NCBI GenBank assembly: GCA_973895155.1
Contig: OZ316895.1
Coordinates: 17,687,437-17,751,436, forward strand
DNA from: Marsupella aquatica
Taxonomy: Eukaryota > Plantae > Marchantiophyta
DNA length: 64,000 bases
Direction of reading: 5' to 3'
Positions 22,516 to 36,230 of the stretch are shown one piece after another (position 1 is the stretch's first letter; every line of letters starts with the position of its first letter). The notes beneath the pieces were generated by a model that saw only the letters and a list, made by a program, of their open reading frames with translations, did no database searches and was not told where the DNA came from. The translations under genes and the position numbers were made by a program.

Positions 22516-24269
22516 CTCTGTACGATTTAAACTTTGAGGTTTCTAAACATTTTGATGTGGAGGCCAAAGCCCAACTTTTTCTTTTCATTTGTCAACCGTA
22601 GTGGATCATTAATCAAGTTATGAATAGCATAAACAAACTTGCATTTGCAGAAGGTATTTCATCCTTTTCCGGGTTCCATGTGTGCAACCATGGTAGATCG
22701 TTGATCAAATTGTGATTGGCTGTGGACACCTCCTGACATTAGGCTATTGGTTACAAATAGTAGCAACAAGACCCCATTTGCAGAAGGTATTCCAAATCCC
22801 TTGTCGATAATCACACATCAAAATGTGATAAAATATAATGTGCACTTGATTTAAAGAAGATAACTAGATTTATCATGGTACGGAGAATGTCATACACCAT
22901 ATATGTCATATTTTGATGTGTAACTACCGGCTCCAAATCTCTGCAATTCAAACTACGTGCAGTCATAAATTATTCATAACATCTTATTCACAACTTATCT
23001 TATTTGTAACTTCTAAGATCTTATGAACTGAAGGTCTGCCACCTACTTCCAATGACTATGTCCAACTGTATTAAGTTAATGCTCCCTAGTTTTCTTGGGG
23101 CCGCATACATTGCCCCTCCGGTCCCCAATACATGTTGCCTGCTCGGGTGCCTGCTCTGGCTGGATTGACTTTGTTTTCTATTCTTTCAATATCAAAGTTG
23201 GTTGACAATCTGGTTTATGTTCTGCCAAGTGTTCTTCCCCTCTTGAGTCGTGGTTGCAGGTCTGGCAGTACTTTGTTCTAGGTGGAGTCATGGTTGCTTT
23301 GCTAACAAAGTCTAAGTGTTTTCAGACAGAGCCTGGTACTTTGGTCAAGAGTCATGATTGATAGACCCGGATTGACAGAGTCTTGAATTGTGTTGCAAAC
23401 TTGTGCTTCCCCTATCCCGAGGTCTCATTTAGTCAAAAATGGCACATCATATGTGACAAAGTATATTGTCATTTAATTCCCAATTGGATTTGTTTAGAGT
23501 GAAGACTTGGTTTGTTTGTGAAAGAACTTAGATAGGGTTTTTAGCCCACTCTTGGAATATTTTTTAATATTCCAAGAGTTTTTAGGATTAGTAAAGGTTG
23601 AAATTTTCCCTATTTTTCTTTAAGTTTTAGGGTGTTCAAGTCTTCAAAACTTTTGCAAGTGGTGGGGGCCCCTATGTAGTGAGACCCCCAAATCCCAACA
23701 AGAGTCAGGACTATTTATATGGCAATGAACACTGAAATTTGAGTTTGTTTATCAATTTGTAAACACTCTTAAGTTCACCCTCATACATGGCTTCCATAGA
23801 CAACTCCGGGACAGCAAAATGTGAAGGGTGCCAGAACTCAAACTTAAAGTAGATACACAAATCAAATTGATCGGGAGCAGACAGCACACATTGGGGACTG
23901 GGACAAGTAAAATACAGGCCCCAACAAAAACTGGGGAACAGTAATTTGACTTATTTAATGCAGGGTTTATTTCCATGGAGAACAGGTTCTCACGATCGTA
24001 GTGCTTGGGGACACTGTGTCATTCCAAGGCTTGATTCAATTTTCTGGAAGTCTCAAATGTCAGAAATCCGCACTGTCAAGGTTGAATTTATTCACTAATC
24101 AATGTGCAACATGTCCATTGTTGAGTTTTTGGCTGACATTCTTGAAACACAATATGGGCTTATGACTTACCATCATTTTTCTTCTGTGTGCTCATCAGCT
24201 GTCTTGCATTTTTTCCAAGATTGCTCATGATGTTCCTTATGCTAGCTTCCATATCATAGCCTTCCTGCC

Positions 24270-24700
24270 AACAGGGCAGTAGCCATCCGCCCTCCATCCC
24301 ATGGCTCTCCAGCCCATAGCCCTTCATTTCCTTGTGCACTCCACACCCGGCTGGTTGCCATACCCATAGCCCTCCAAAAGGTAATGCTTCCCATACAAAG
24401 AGGACCCTCCCCCAAAACCAAAAACAAATTGGTGCTGAAAGTTTTGTTACATTCACATAGTTGACTTTTATTCTAGCTTCCATCCTATAATAGCTCTTTG
24501 GCCAACCGGACAGTAGCCGCCCAGTCTCCATCTCATAGCCCTCTGGTCTTCAGCCCATAGTTCTCCGTCCTCCAACCCATAACCCTCCAGTCTCTAGCCC
24601 TAGCTCCCCCCCCCCCCCCCCCCATGGTCCTCCGGTCTCCAGCCATAGCTCTCCGGCTTCCATCTCAAAGCCCTCCACCCTCTCCGCACCCATAGTCCTA
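24270..24700. repeat. Degenerate minisatellite (CTCCAGCCCATAGCC-like units) with a poly-C run
   Basis: Recurrent ctccagcccatagccctc motifs. Confidence 0.6.
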
Positions 24701-26691
24701 TAATTGCATGCATTTTGAAAAATAAACAATTTTATCGACTATCACACATGTTCATTTTTTGTGCATATGAGTTTTTTCAAAAATGACACAAGAAACACAT
24801 TTCTAGTTTTTGCCCGATATCTTACAACAATTGCTTTTTTATTTTCCTCCCTCAAGCGCAGAATATATCAAAATGAGTGAAACTTTGATTTTTTTTAACC
24901 AGCCAAGTGTGCCTCTTCAATAGGCTTGTTCTACCTTGTCACTCACTCACCCCAAAAATTTGCAACATGCCGAGCAAGAAGGTGGACACTTGAGTTGTTC
25001 ATGTTCATAATTATGTCATCTGCAAAGCCTTCTTAGCTTCTCAAAAGAGGAAGTGATATTCATGGCGGCCGTGTACAAATTGTAATAGGCCTGACAGAGC
25101 TCAGAAACCACTAGGCTTACCAAAGCTGGACCAAATGTGATCTTGCAACTAGATCAGGAGACACTGCCAGATTTCACAACTTAATATACCACACTGAAAG
25201 CACATATGCCCACATGTTATGTGAATCATATCTTATAAGAATAAGACGACGATGACATTGGTGCAGTGTTCCATATTAGAAAATCATTCTACTCTATATT
25301 CATTTTCCCTTACGTTTCTTGCACGTTGGGAGAATCACGTGTTCATGTATTTTTCCATTGAGGGTACTATTTACAGCCTGTTCTTCAGGGCAAAAATGAG
25401 CTCAATTATAAGTGTGAAAAGTATTTTGTCACTTTTGGCTAAAACGAGCTAAGGTTTTAGCCAATATCTGTAGGAGATTTCCCAGATTAATGTCTGACAT
25501 GTGCTTTTTTTAGTATATCTGACTGTGTCCTGGAAGATTTGAAAATCAGATATTACACTTGTAAAATTAGAATAGTAATTTTCTGAGCATCTACCAGAAG
25601 GACAAACGCATAAAATTATTAAAAATTAAGTGACTATTTACCCCCCGGGTTGGGAATGGGTCCTCTCCTGCCCGCACGGTCTTCGGGGCAGCCTTTCAGT
25701 TGTAGGGTCGCATCTTGGATACTTCTGACGCCCTCATGCGCCCTCCGCAAGCTGTCCTTTCCAGTGCGTGAGCTTCCCCTTTAGGTACACTGGTACAGGC
25801 CCTTCCCACGGATTTGTCCTTTCCGTCCGTGAGGGTCAGGAGTCAGGGCAGCCTACAGTGTAGGCCGTGTCGTCCGTCTCTCCAACCCCAACGAGCCATC
25901 ACAGGGGAGCTACGTACCCTTCCCTGTCAATGAGGGCTTGGGGCACCATTTTGTTGTGTGGCGAAAATCTGTTAGATTCCATTCCTGAAAGCCATTAGTG
26001 TTAAATTGTTGGGCTATATTAATGCATTGGTGTTACTCACATTGGGCTAAGAGCATTTCCAAGGGTTAAGTTGTACATTAATTACAGCGTTCCTCTGTTG
26101 CTTTTTTCAGGTTGCACTAAAGCCTGTGCGGGGTTTTTCAAAGGGCAATCCCATCAATTATGCCATTTTTTTGTGAGCGTCATTTTAAGTTGACTCGTGT
26201 CTGGCTGTCCAGCAAAGATGTGGTCGCTGGTATTGTGTTTGCCCCCTCTCTTCACGGAGGTCCACTCCGCAATGGCAATCAGCAAGCTCAGACAGTGTTG
26301 GGCTTTGGACATATGTTTGTTGACCTTTCACAGCCATACTTTTGAGCTTCCTGTTTCATAGGTCTGTCCTTTGTGAACTAGACTTGGCCCGTGTTCCCAT
26401 TGAAAGCACTTGTCCATTTTGGCTGAAATTGTTCTGTGACATTGATGGCAGAGTGCACCACAATGTCTGGTGGATTTCATGGGACTCACAGTGAGCTTGA
26501 AAGACACATAAGTCCTCTCTTGCCATTTCTTGAATAATGAATTAATTTGCATTTTCAGTTCCTCTCCTTCAAGAAGCATTTTTGTTTGTGAGCTAATTAT
26601 GGATCCACCTCAATTTTGCATTGGGTCCGATGATGACATAGAGGATGTTCTTGATGATCAATCTACAATCTCATCCATTGATCTCTTGGTA

Positions 26692-27359
26692 TGTTAAGGA
26701 TTGCTCTTAGTCTTGTGACTCAAAGGTTACGATAATTAGGTTAACCTCAGTTAGGGACTTAGCTGAGGTTAGATTAGTTGTGTGTGACCTTGCATATATA
26801 CCAGGGCTAGTGTAAGCCGCTGGTATGTGGTGTTTGCTCATTGTAACGGAGCAACTTGAGGAAGAGAGAGAGCTTGTGTGTTTGACTACTCTAAAGTAAA
26901 GTTGGTGTGTTCATTGTTAGGTATTTACTCAAGGTCTAGGGTTACGACATGTAACCATAGTTAGGCTAACCATAGTCCGAGACATGGTTAGGTTAACTAG
27001 GATGCACACTATATGTCAAGCGGTGTTTGCTTGGATAAGTGGAACTTAGGCTCATTGTTACGGAGCCAATTGAGAGATGAGGAGAGCTTACATTATGGAG
27101 ACTTGGTATTGCACATGGGCTTAGAGTTCAGTAAAGCTCTCTTGTGTGATCCTCAAGGAGGTGAACCACGTATCTCTTGTGTCGACTATTTGCGCATTGG
27201 ATGTGTCATGAGCTTACCGTTGCAATTATCGTCTATGCTCAGCATTTGTGTGGACGTAACCTTGGAGAAGAGGTGAACCACGTATGGATTGTGTCGACTA
27301 CGTGAGCATGGTATGAGTCATGATCATATCGTCATGAAGGAAGACATCATACTTCAACA
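26692..27359 (+). mobile_element. Old solo LTR containing a second solo LTR (26915-27244)
   Basis: Outer TG...CA with degenerate TSD TGGTA/TGATA; inner TG...CA with TTCAT/TTTGT. Both resemble the local Copia LTR family. Confidence 0.75.
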
Positions 27360-28002
27360 TGATATATCCGGTTCTTACAATATACAGTTAACACGATTTC
27401 CGACCGAACGAGAACTATTTCCGCAAATGAGAAGTGTGTTTTCATTTTCCGCCGAAACTCGCGAAATCGGTGGTTTTTTTAATCAAAAACAGGATTTTGA
27501 GGAAATAATGTAATCCGTATCGGAGTTCGGATTGAATCAAGAAATTTAGGAATGGTCCAAACCACTGAAATTCATGCTCAAAAACATTCAATTTATCAAG
27601 GAAAAATTAGATCCGAAAAACTTTCGCCTGAACCTCATATTCACGCTCTCCGAAGATATATGAAAGGTCTTATCTAGAAATCCATATCCACTTTTTGAGC
27701 AAAGTCCGATAACTATATCGGACTCCGGATTTCAACAATGAAAGTTCCGACCCAATCTCAGTTTTCTCAATTTTTGGTTATTTACCGTAACTATTTTACA
27801 TCACAGTCGATAAGAAATTACTACACGGTTTGTCAAACTTACCTTGCAGTTACCTCCACAATTGACCATAGTTACCTCCGCAAGTGACCATAGTCAACTT
27901 GTCGTTGTCTCAACCGCAATGTGCCGTCCGATAAAATTATCGTGAAAACTCCGGACGGCCAAAATACTTGCCGACAATACTAACATCCTTCGATTCATCG
28001 GT

Positions 28003-28380
28003 TAAATTTCAAAATTGCAACTCTCCATATGAAGAAAACACTTTTGCAATACCAACATCAGATAAATTTATCGCTTAAATTTCAAAATTGCAACTATCCA
28101 TATGAAGAAAACACTTTTGCAATACCAACATCAGATAAATTTATCGCTTAAATTTCAAAATTGCAGCCATCCATATGAAGAAAACACTTTTGCAATACCA
28201 ACATCAGATAAATTTATCGCTTAAATTTCAAAATTGCAACTATCCATATGAAGAAAACACTTTTTGCAATACAAACATAGATAAATTTATCGCTTAAATT
28301 CCAAAACTGCAAACATCCATATGAATAAAATCTATTTTGCAATACAAACATAGATATATTTATCTCTCAAATTTCAAAAC
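28003..28380. repeat. 73-bp tandem array, about 5 copies
   Basis: aaaattgca recurs at 28011, 28084, 28157 and 28230. Units carry the GATAAATTTATC palindrome. Confidence 0.9.
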
Positions 28381-29274
28381 TACATAATTTCGCCAAGATG
28401 CACATGTAAGAATCAAATTGGATATTCAAGAAATATACCCTTCTCTGTTATTTTGTCGTTTAGCAAGACAGTCAATCAAAAGTGGCCACGTGGGCCATGT
28501 TAGATAGTGCTCTAGTCTTGTGACTCATGAGCTAACTATAGTTAGGCTAACTCAGGTTAGGACTTAGCTAATGTTAGCGATAGTGCTGGTGTGCATATAG
28601 CCAGGGCTGATGCCAGACCCTGGTGGAACTTAGGCTCATTGTTACGGAGCTAGTTGAGAGATAGGGAGAGCTTGTGTTGTGAATGCTTGGTATGACCGGT
28701 CGGCCTAGAGTGCAGTAAAGCTCTTGTGTGTTCCCGTGGACGTAGCCTCATGTGGAGGTGAACCACGTATCTCTCTGTGTCGACTATTGTGCGTTGGATG
28801 GTTCATGGGCTTGCAGTTGCGAATGTCGTCTATGCTCAACAAGTGGTATCAGAGCATGCTTGGGAGGTGATGAGGTTTTTTCGTGACAGGTTTTTCCAGC
28901 GTTCATTGTCGGTGGCACATTCAGAGTTTTGTCGCATGAAACTTGAATGTATGTGGCTATGCGGATAGGTTAGTGAGAGGGCTTTCTAACGGTGGTTAGA
29001 ACTCGCTGATCCGTGGTGCGGAAGAATTGAAGTTTGCATCATTCAGGGTTTATTCGTGTTCGACGGTATTTCGGGGGAGAGACCAGAGATCGTGTTTTTC
29101 AACGGTATGAGCCGTGCGGTGCGGGAGGGATCGCACATTATAGCTCAAGTTAAAGGTTGAAGCGAGCTGGTCGTTTCGGTAGTTGGATAGCTGCCAAGTT
29201 GTTACTGAGTGCGACGTGACGAGTGAAGGAGGCATTCAGGTTTTTTCACAAGCTATGGAGCTTGTTCTCATCTG

Positions 29275-29618
29275 TGTTGAGCATAGACGAAATTTGTAAT
29301 AGCAAGCCCATGAACCATCCAACGCACAATAGTCGACACAGAGAGATACGTGGTTCACCTCCACATGAGGCTACATCCACAGGAACACACAAGAGCTTTA
29401 CTGCACTCTAGGCCGACCGGTCATACCAAGCATCCACAGCACAAGCTCTCCCTATCTCTCAACTAGCTCCGTAACAATGAGCCTAAGTTCCACCAGGGTC
29501 TGGCATCAGCCCTGGCTATATGCACACCAACACTACCGTTAACATTAGCTAAGTCCTAACCCGAGTTAGACTAACTGTGGTTAGCTCATGAGTCACAAGA
29601 CTAGAGCAATATCTAACA
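29275..29618 (-). mobile_element. Solo LTR of the same Copia family, inserted in inverted orientation in the 5' UTR
   Basis: 344 bp, TG...CA termini, TSD ATCTG. Reverse complement of the host LTR. Confidence 0.93.
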
Positions 29619-30912
29619 ATCTGAACCGGGTTTCTCTTTACAGTGACATTTGACTCGGTGGAAGAAACGCGAAGTGCTCCGGCTCAACAGTTTGATCGCG
29701 GCGAGGCGGTCATTTTGAGCCCGGGATTGGCACTTGACGCGGAGTGAAGGCGACACGGCAGAAATTTTTTACTGAGCTGGGGCTGCATACTGTGCCGATG
29801 CAATTCGGCAACTTTTTCCATCAGCGGCATTCATTTTTCTCGTGAGAAACAACAGCTTTTCAAGTGAGTTTTTTCATTCATTTATCCCGTGGGAGTTTTT
29901 TGGTTGTAAGGGGCTTAGCGGAGTCCCTTTGGTGTGTACATCTTGAAAGAGTACACACACCCGAGGGTCCCCCATTCACCCCGTTACTCCCCCCGCCTCG
30001 CGTACGTTGTTTCCCCCCGCGCGCACCCCAGTTTTAACGGCACTCCGCAGCGCCGGCCTGCGCATTTGCAGCCGCCCGGCTGCTGCCACCCTTCGGCCTC
30101 CTCGCGCCCTGGCCCTTTGTATTCCCTTATCACCGGGCGCACCTCGCTCCCCCTTCGCGAGCCGGCCCCGACTCCCTCCTGACAGGTTTCTCCTTATGGC
30201 CGGCCCTGCCTTTGGCCTACCCCCCCCGTTGCGACCTTCAATTCAACCGGCGCCCCTCCCCGGCGCATGGCGTACAATCACCCCCCTCCCGACCCTGTAT
30301 TTGGCTGCCTTATACGCAGCCGCCCAACGCCCTTGCGTACTCTGTGTGCCCTTGTACTCTGCGTACACCGACGCGCCTTTTTTATACATGTATTTTCTGA
30401 TTTAGCACCCCCTTTAAGGGCCTATTTTGAACCTTTTTTCCTTCCTTTTGTTTCCTCTTGTGCCGGGACCTGCCGCCCTCCGTTTTAACCGCTCCGACAA
30501 GGGGAACGGCCCCCTGTGAGACCTGTCGGACTGTGCGGGAATATTCCCAAAAAACATGGAGCTGTTTTTCGGCCGTCCAACAAAGATTTCATCCTCCAAA
30601 CGGTAACTTTTTTTGGTTCTTTTTTGGCAAGGACGTTGCCACTGGAGTTAGCAACGCGGCGCACCGATCACATCGCGATTCCGACGACGGGTTGTACTGG
30701 GTATTTTGGTTATTCTCCAAGGTGGTCAAAATGGGGGAGTTTCCCAAGGTTTTACCCACCCCGACTGAAATTTGAATAACTTTTCCGTCGAATTTCAATT
30801 TTGATTTTGGCTTTTAGTATTGGACTCCTAGCTTCGTGGGCTACGTGGCGGTGTTGAGTTTTGAGTTTTATGAGAAGTTTCAAAAAAAGACGTTTTTTTG
30901 TGATTATTTTAT

Positions 30913-33900
30913 ATGAGTGACTCGGAGGATACTAGAAGAATTGGCATGGGTGGAGCTTCAAGATTGCGACGGACAGACGGTGAGTCTGAGGAGCTGCTAC
31001 CATTTGAGGAAGAACTAGTGACACCGGTACGATCACCAGTGCGACGTGCAGTGGAGGAAGCTGTGTTACTACTAGAGCTGTCGGTAATTGGAAAGAAGAG
31101 GGAGATGGCTAGATTTGGGTGAGTGAAGTTTGAGGTGGAGAAGTACGATGGTCGTACTGATTACTTGTTGTGGGAGAAGCAAGTGAAGGGTGTTCTACGG
31201 GCCATGGGCTTAGCTCATCTGCTCTCTTTGCAAGAGCCGTATGATGGAGAGGAGGAGATTTTTGTGAGACAGTGGAGACAGGAGCAGGTGATTGCTGTTA
31301 ATGCAGTGATGCTATATCTCAAGCCGCACATCATCAAGCAGCTGGATGATTATGCGGATTGCACGTCACTGTTCAAGCCTCTTAGAGAGAAGTACTATCG
31401 AGAAGATGCGTCAGACCGGCTGTACAAGAAGTCTCTCTTAATGAGCCTCAGGCTCAAGGAAGGGAGCAAGATGCAGCATCACCTGGATGAGTTTGACAGT
31501 CTAGCGGTGGATCTGTCAAACCTGGGAAAAGGAGTTGAAGATGAAGATAAGGCCTTGCTTCTGCTAAGCTCCTTACCGCCATCTTATCAGGGCTTGAAAC
31601 AGGTGCTCTTGTACAGAGATTTGAAGTCCATTTCGTATAATGAGGTGGTGAGCTCTTTACTATCTGATGATGCTCAGAAGAAGTTGGGACAATCACATAC
31701 AACATCTTCTTCTGGCACTGTGCTCAATGTGAACAGGGGAAGAGCAGCGCGGAGCACGAATGGGCAGAACAGGTTTAGATCTACATCATGGGGGAGATCT
31801 AAATCCAGAGGGAAATCGCAAGAGAGGAAGCCTCTTGCATGTTGGAATTGTGGCAAGCCTGGCCACATGAAAAGGGATTGTCGAGTAAAGGTCCCTCCTG
31901 CCTTTGCTAACGCGGCATCGAGCTTGCATGAGGTAGATTTACTCGATGATGATGACATATTGTGATGCCAAGGTTATGCTCTCAACGTAGTGTCAAATCC
32001 AAGTAGTAATGACTGGATTCTAGATAGTGCATGTACTTTTCACATTTGCTCTAGGAGAGATTTTTTCAATTCTTACACGGTTTCCAACGGGTCAGTGTTG
32101 ATGGGAAATGGAATCCCATGTCAAGTTGTTGGACTTGGATCTGTAAGATTTCAGATGTTTGATGGTGCTGTGAGAATGTTGAGAAATGTGAGACATATTC
32201 CCAGCATGATGAAAAATCTCATTTCACTAAGAATTTTAGAAGCAAATGTCCATCAATAGAGTTCTGCTAATGGTGTCCTTCAGGTTTCAATTGGTACTCA
32301 AGTTGTATTGAAAGGAAAAGGACATAGCAATCTATACGTTTTGGAGGGCAGTGTAGTCTGTGATGAAGCCAATGTAACCTTATCTCATGAGGAGACGGCC
32401 CAATTGTGGCACTTCCGTTTGGGCCACATGAGTGAAAAAGGTTTGGCTATTCTTCAGAAGAAAGGATTACTTTCTAATTTGCAATCTTGTAAGTTGGAAT
32501 TTTGTGAGCACTGTGTGCTAGGGAAGCAGCACAGGAAACCCTTCGGAGTTGGAACTCACACCAACAAGGAGGTACTTGAGTATGTACATAGTGATGTGTG
32601 GGGTCCAGCCCCTACTCCCTCACATTCTGGACGGTTATACTATGTCACGTTCATTGACGATTACTCAAGGTATATGTGGATATACTTTTTACACAGTAAG
32701 TCTAATGTTTTTGCCACTTTTAAGGAGTGGAAAGCCCAAATTGAGAATAAGACTGGTAATAAGGTGAGATATCTATGATCGGATAACGGTGGTGAATACA
32801 GTTCTGGTGAATTTAGAACATATTGTAAGGAGCAGGGGATTACCCGCCATCTCACAACAAGTTATACTCCTCAGCAAAATAGTATTTCTGAGAGACTCAA
32901 CCGAACACTATTGGACCACTCGAGGAGTATGTTGAGTCAATCATGCTTACCACATGAATTTTGGGCTGAAGCTGTCAACACTGCAGCTTATTTGTCATGA
33001 TACAGTTCATGACAGGAGAGATGGAGAAGCTCCGGGCTTGGAGTTGGTTCCTGTGATGGAACAAGAGGAGCAGATTGTTGCTGGGGTACCTCAAATTCAA
33101 CCAGCAGCAGTGGCAGATCAGCTAGAGTCATCTACTAGAAGAACTTTCAATCGTTCTACTAGAGCTCCTACCAGGTATGGTCAATGGGCAGACTCATCTA
33201 AGCTAGATGATACTTGCACGATTCAACATGGAAAACTATAAGCCAGTGAGTATTCCTTTAGCTTCATATTGCAAGTTATCATCGGCTTTCTCTCCTACGG
33301 ATGCTGTGGATAAAGGTCTGATGGCTAAGATTCCTTATGAGAAGGTAGTAGGCAGTCTAATGTATTTGATGACTTGTACTAGGCCTGACTTAGCCCTAGC
33401 GATGGGCAAGGTTAGCAGATTCATGTCAAATCCAGGAAAGATACACTAGGAAGCTGTGAAATGGATTCTTAGGTATCTCAAGGGTACATAGGACTATGGA
33501 TTACTATTATATAACAAATCAGATAGAACGTTAGTTGGCTATGTAGATTTTGACTATGCAGGCTGTCTGGATACAAGGAGGACGGTCTACAACTGGGTTT
33601 GTATACACTTTTGGAGGAGGATGTATCTCCGGATGTATTAGTTGGAAATCTACCTTGCAAAAGTGCATATCTCAGTCTACTACAGAAGCAGATTATATTG
33701 CAGCAGCAGAAGCAGCAAAGGAAGCAATTTGGTTGGATAAGTTGATCGCGAAGATGGGTTTAGAGCATGGAAAAATGACTCTAAACTGTGATAGTCAGAG
33801 TGTTCTTCACTTGGCTGTTAACCAGGTGATGGATAGCAGGGTGAAGCACATTGATATCAGGTACCATTTTATCAGGCAAGCAGTGTCTGATAAAACTTTT

Positions 33901-34011
33901 GAGCTAGTCAAGATTGATGGAAAGCTCAATCCCGCTGATGCCTTTACCAAAGTGATTCCTTTGGAGAGTTTTTCAAGACACGGTGCTACTTTGCAGGTTT
34001 TGCAGTTGTAA
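30913..34011 (+). pseudogene. gag-pol: Copia gag-pol with stops and internal deletions
   Basis: Gag with CWNCGKPGHMKRDC; protease WILDSAC; LWHFRLGHMSEKGL; integrase CEHCVLGKQ/VHSDVWGP; RT C-terminus TRPDLA; RNase H KHIDIRYHFIR. Several stop codons; the integrase C-terminus and most of the RT are deleted at about 32995-33210. Confidence 0.93.
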
Positions 34012-35512
34012 TGCAAGTAGAGTTATTTAGCAATGTGTGACTATTTGTATGTGGATTACTCATTCCTATTAGGCTACGACTTAGTTCTAGTTAACCCTTG
34101 TGGTTTTTAGGGGGAGACCTCGTTTGGTGATTGTCTAGAACTTCCCGTTGAGGATTCCATATGGTAGCATTTAGTCTAGTCCCCAAGACAAGAGTCAAGG
34201 AGGAGTTTGTTAGATATTGTTCTAGTCTTGTGACTCATGAACTAACTACAATTAGGCTAACTCGGGTTAGGACTTAGCTAATGTTAGCGGTAGTGCTATT
34301 ATGCATATAGCTTGAGCTAATGCTAGACCCTGGTGGAACTTAGGCTCATTATTACGGAGCTAGTTGAGAGATAGAGAGAGCTTGTGTTGTGGATGCTTGG
34401 TATGGCCGGTCGGCCTAGAGTGCAGTAAAGCTCTTGTGTGTTCCTGTGGACGTAGCCTCATGTGGAGGTGAACCACGTATCTCTCTATGTCGACTATTGT
34501 GCGTTGGATGGTTCATGGGCTTGCAGTTGCGAATGTCGTCTATGCTCAACAGGCCAACCCCTCAACAGACAGGTATTATATAAGGGCCACCGCCAATGAG
34601 TTTTTGGCATCATTATCCAGAGTAGAGTTTTTTTTGGAGTTGTGTTCTTGGAGCAACATTTTGTCTGTTGAGCCATTCGTTTTCCCTGATTGAGGGGAGG
34701 TATGCAAAGCCCCATAGTGTCTCGGATAACCATGTCTCAATCAGACATAGATTCACCTTCAAGTTTAGTTAAAATCCTCTCCTAATGTTGTCGCTTGCTC
34801 TTTGCTAAGTCGCATCCCTAAAGCTCTACCTCTCGCATAGTAGATTGTGCCTGAAATCTTTGACTTTGATTGGGATTTTGATGCAAGTTCTAGTCCTAAG
34901 CCCAATTCTTACTATGTGTCGCCTAATAAACCTGAGAAGTGTTCTCTATTGAGCATTCCATCGCCAAGAATTGAGAAAATTTCAATCCCACGTTTAGGTC
35001 TGAGATGTCGCTTCAGGCCATCCATCCCGGGTTATGGAGAGGGTATTCGGCAACTGATATGCGTATCGCACTCGGCATTCAAGTTGCCACATTCAACTCA
35101 CATTCAACGATGGATTTTTCAGTCTCCGGGTGAGGAACAGGAAGCAGAAAAGAGTAAGTTTCTAAACCCGTGTGTTACTCCCAATAATTTTATTGGGTTG
35201 AGGATTCCAATGCTTCTTCTTTGGTAATTGTGTGTGAATATATTGTTTGAATAGCTTGAATACTTATCCCAATAAATTTATCGCTGTCATGGTTTAACAT
35301 TATGGTAATCAAATCAAGTGTTTGAATACTGAACCCGATAAATTTATTGTTATCAATCCAGCAAAGTTCTAAAATTTTTTATTATTGAGGAAAATTCTCA
35401 ACATTGCTAAACGAGCATCGGAAGGCACAAGCATTGGAGAGGAAGAACTTAGCAAAGCACCTGAGCAAATATAACAAGAGTTCTGAGAAATATTTGGAAC
35501 ACAAATTTGGAC

Positions 35513-35990
35513 CAAAGATAACATGGACAACATAACACCACTATTAGACTGGGCTCATTGAGGGCTTCAAAATGAGTCCAAACATGACTATCTATAAACA
35601 CCCACAAACAACATGTCAACCATTCGTAGTTTTGTAACTTTCTATAATGATAAAACAATATCAATCTTTGGAATACAAACAACAATAAATTTATCGCAAC
35701 TTTCATTCTTCCTTATATTTTGGGTACTCCTGGTTGATCTCTCGAGGTTAGATCCATTAGCACAAGATTTTGAGTAACAAATATTGTCCCTATCATTATC
35801 TTGTATTGAAAGATAAAATGGAAAACATAACACCACTATTAGACTAGGCTCATTGAGGGCTTCAAAATGAGTCCAAACATGACTATCTATGTACACCCAC
35901 AAACAACATACCAACAATTCTTAGTTTTTTAACTTTCTATAATGATAAAACAATATCAATCTTTGGAATACAAACAACGATAAATTTATC
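35513..35990. repeat. About 180-bp direct repeat, two copies roughly 295 bp apart
   Basis: The block ...ACATAACACCACTATTAGACT.GGCTCATTGAGGGC...AATCTTTGGAATACAAACAAC occurs twice. Confidence 0.85.
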
Positions 35991-36029
35991 AAAGCTTTAT
36001 CAAAATTTATCGAACAAAGGAATCTAGAA

Positions 36030-36230
36030 TGTGATAAATTTATTGCATGTTTGTTGGAATCTTGAATCCAACAGAGGAATGCATACTACGATAAAATTAT
36101 CGCATGTTTGTTGAAATCCTGAATCTAACCAAGGAATGCAGACTGCGATAGTTTTATCGCATGTTTGTTGGAATCCTAAATCCAACAGAGGAATGTGGAT
36201 CGTGATAAATTTATCGCATGTTCACAGAAA
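36030..36230. repeat. 57-bp tandem array, about 4 copies
   Basis: GATAAATTTATCGCATGTTTGTTGGAATC-like units at 36033, 36090, 36147 and 36204. Confidence 0.8.

Larger units (their letters stand above)
28498..34551 (+). mobile_element. Full-length but decayed Ty1/Copia retrotransposon (Tnt1/Tork-like)
   Basis: 344-bp LTRs at 28498-28841 and 34208-34551; TSD GGCCA; PBS TGGTATCAGAGC (tRNA-iMet) at 28844-28855; purine tract before the 3' LTR. Confidence 0.95.

Noticed and set aside
28777-28968. Repeated small ORF MSTIVRWMVHGLAVANVVYAQQ (also at 34487)
   Set aside because: Chance frame within duplicated LTR sequence.
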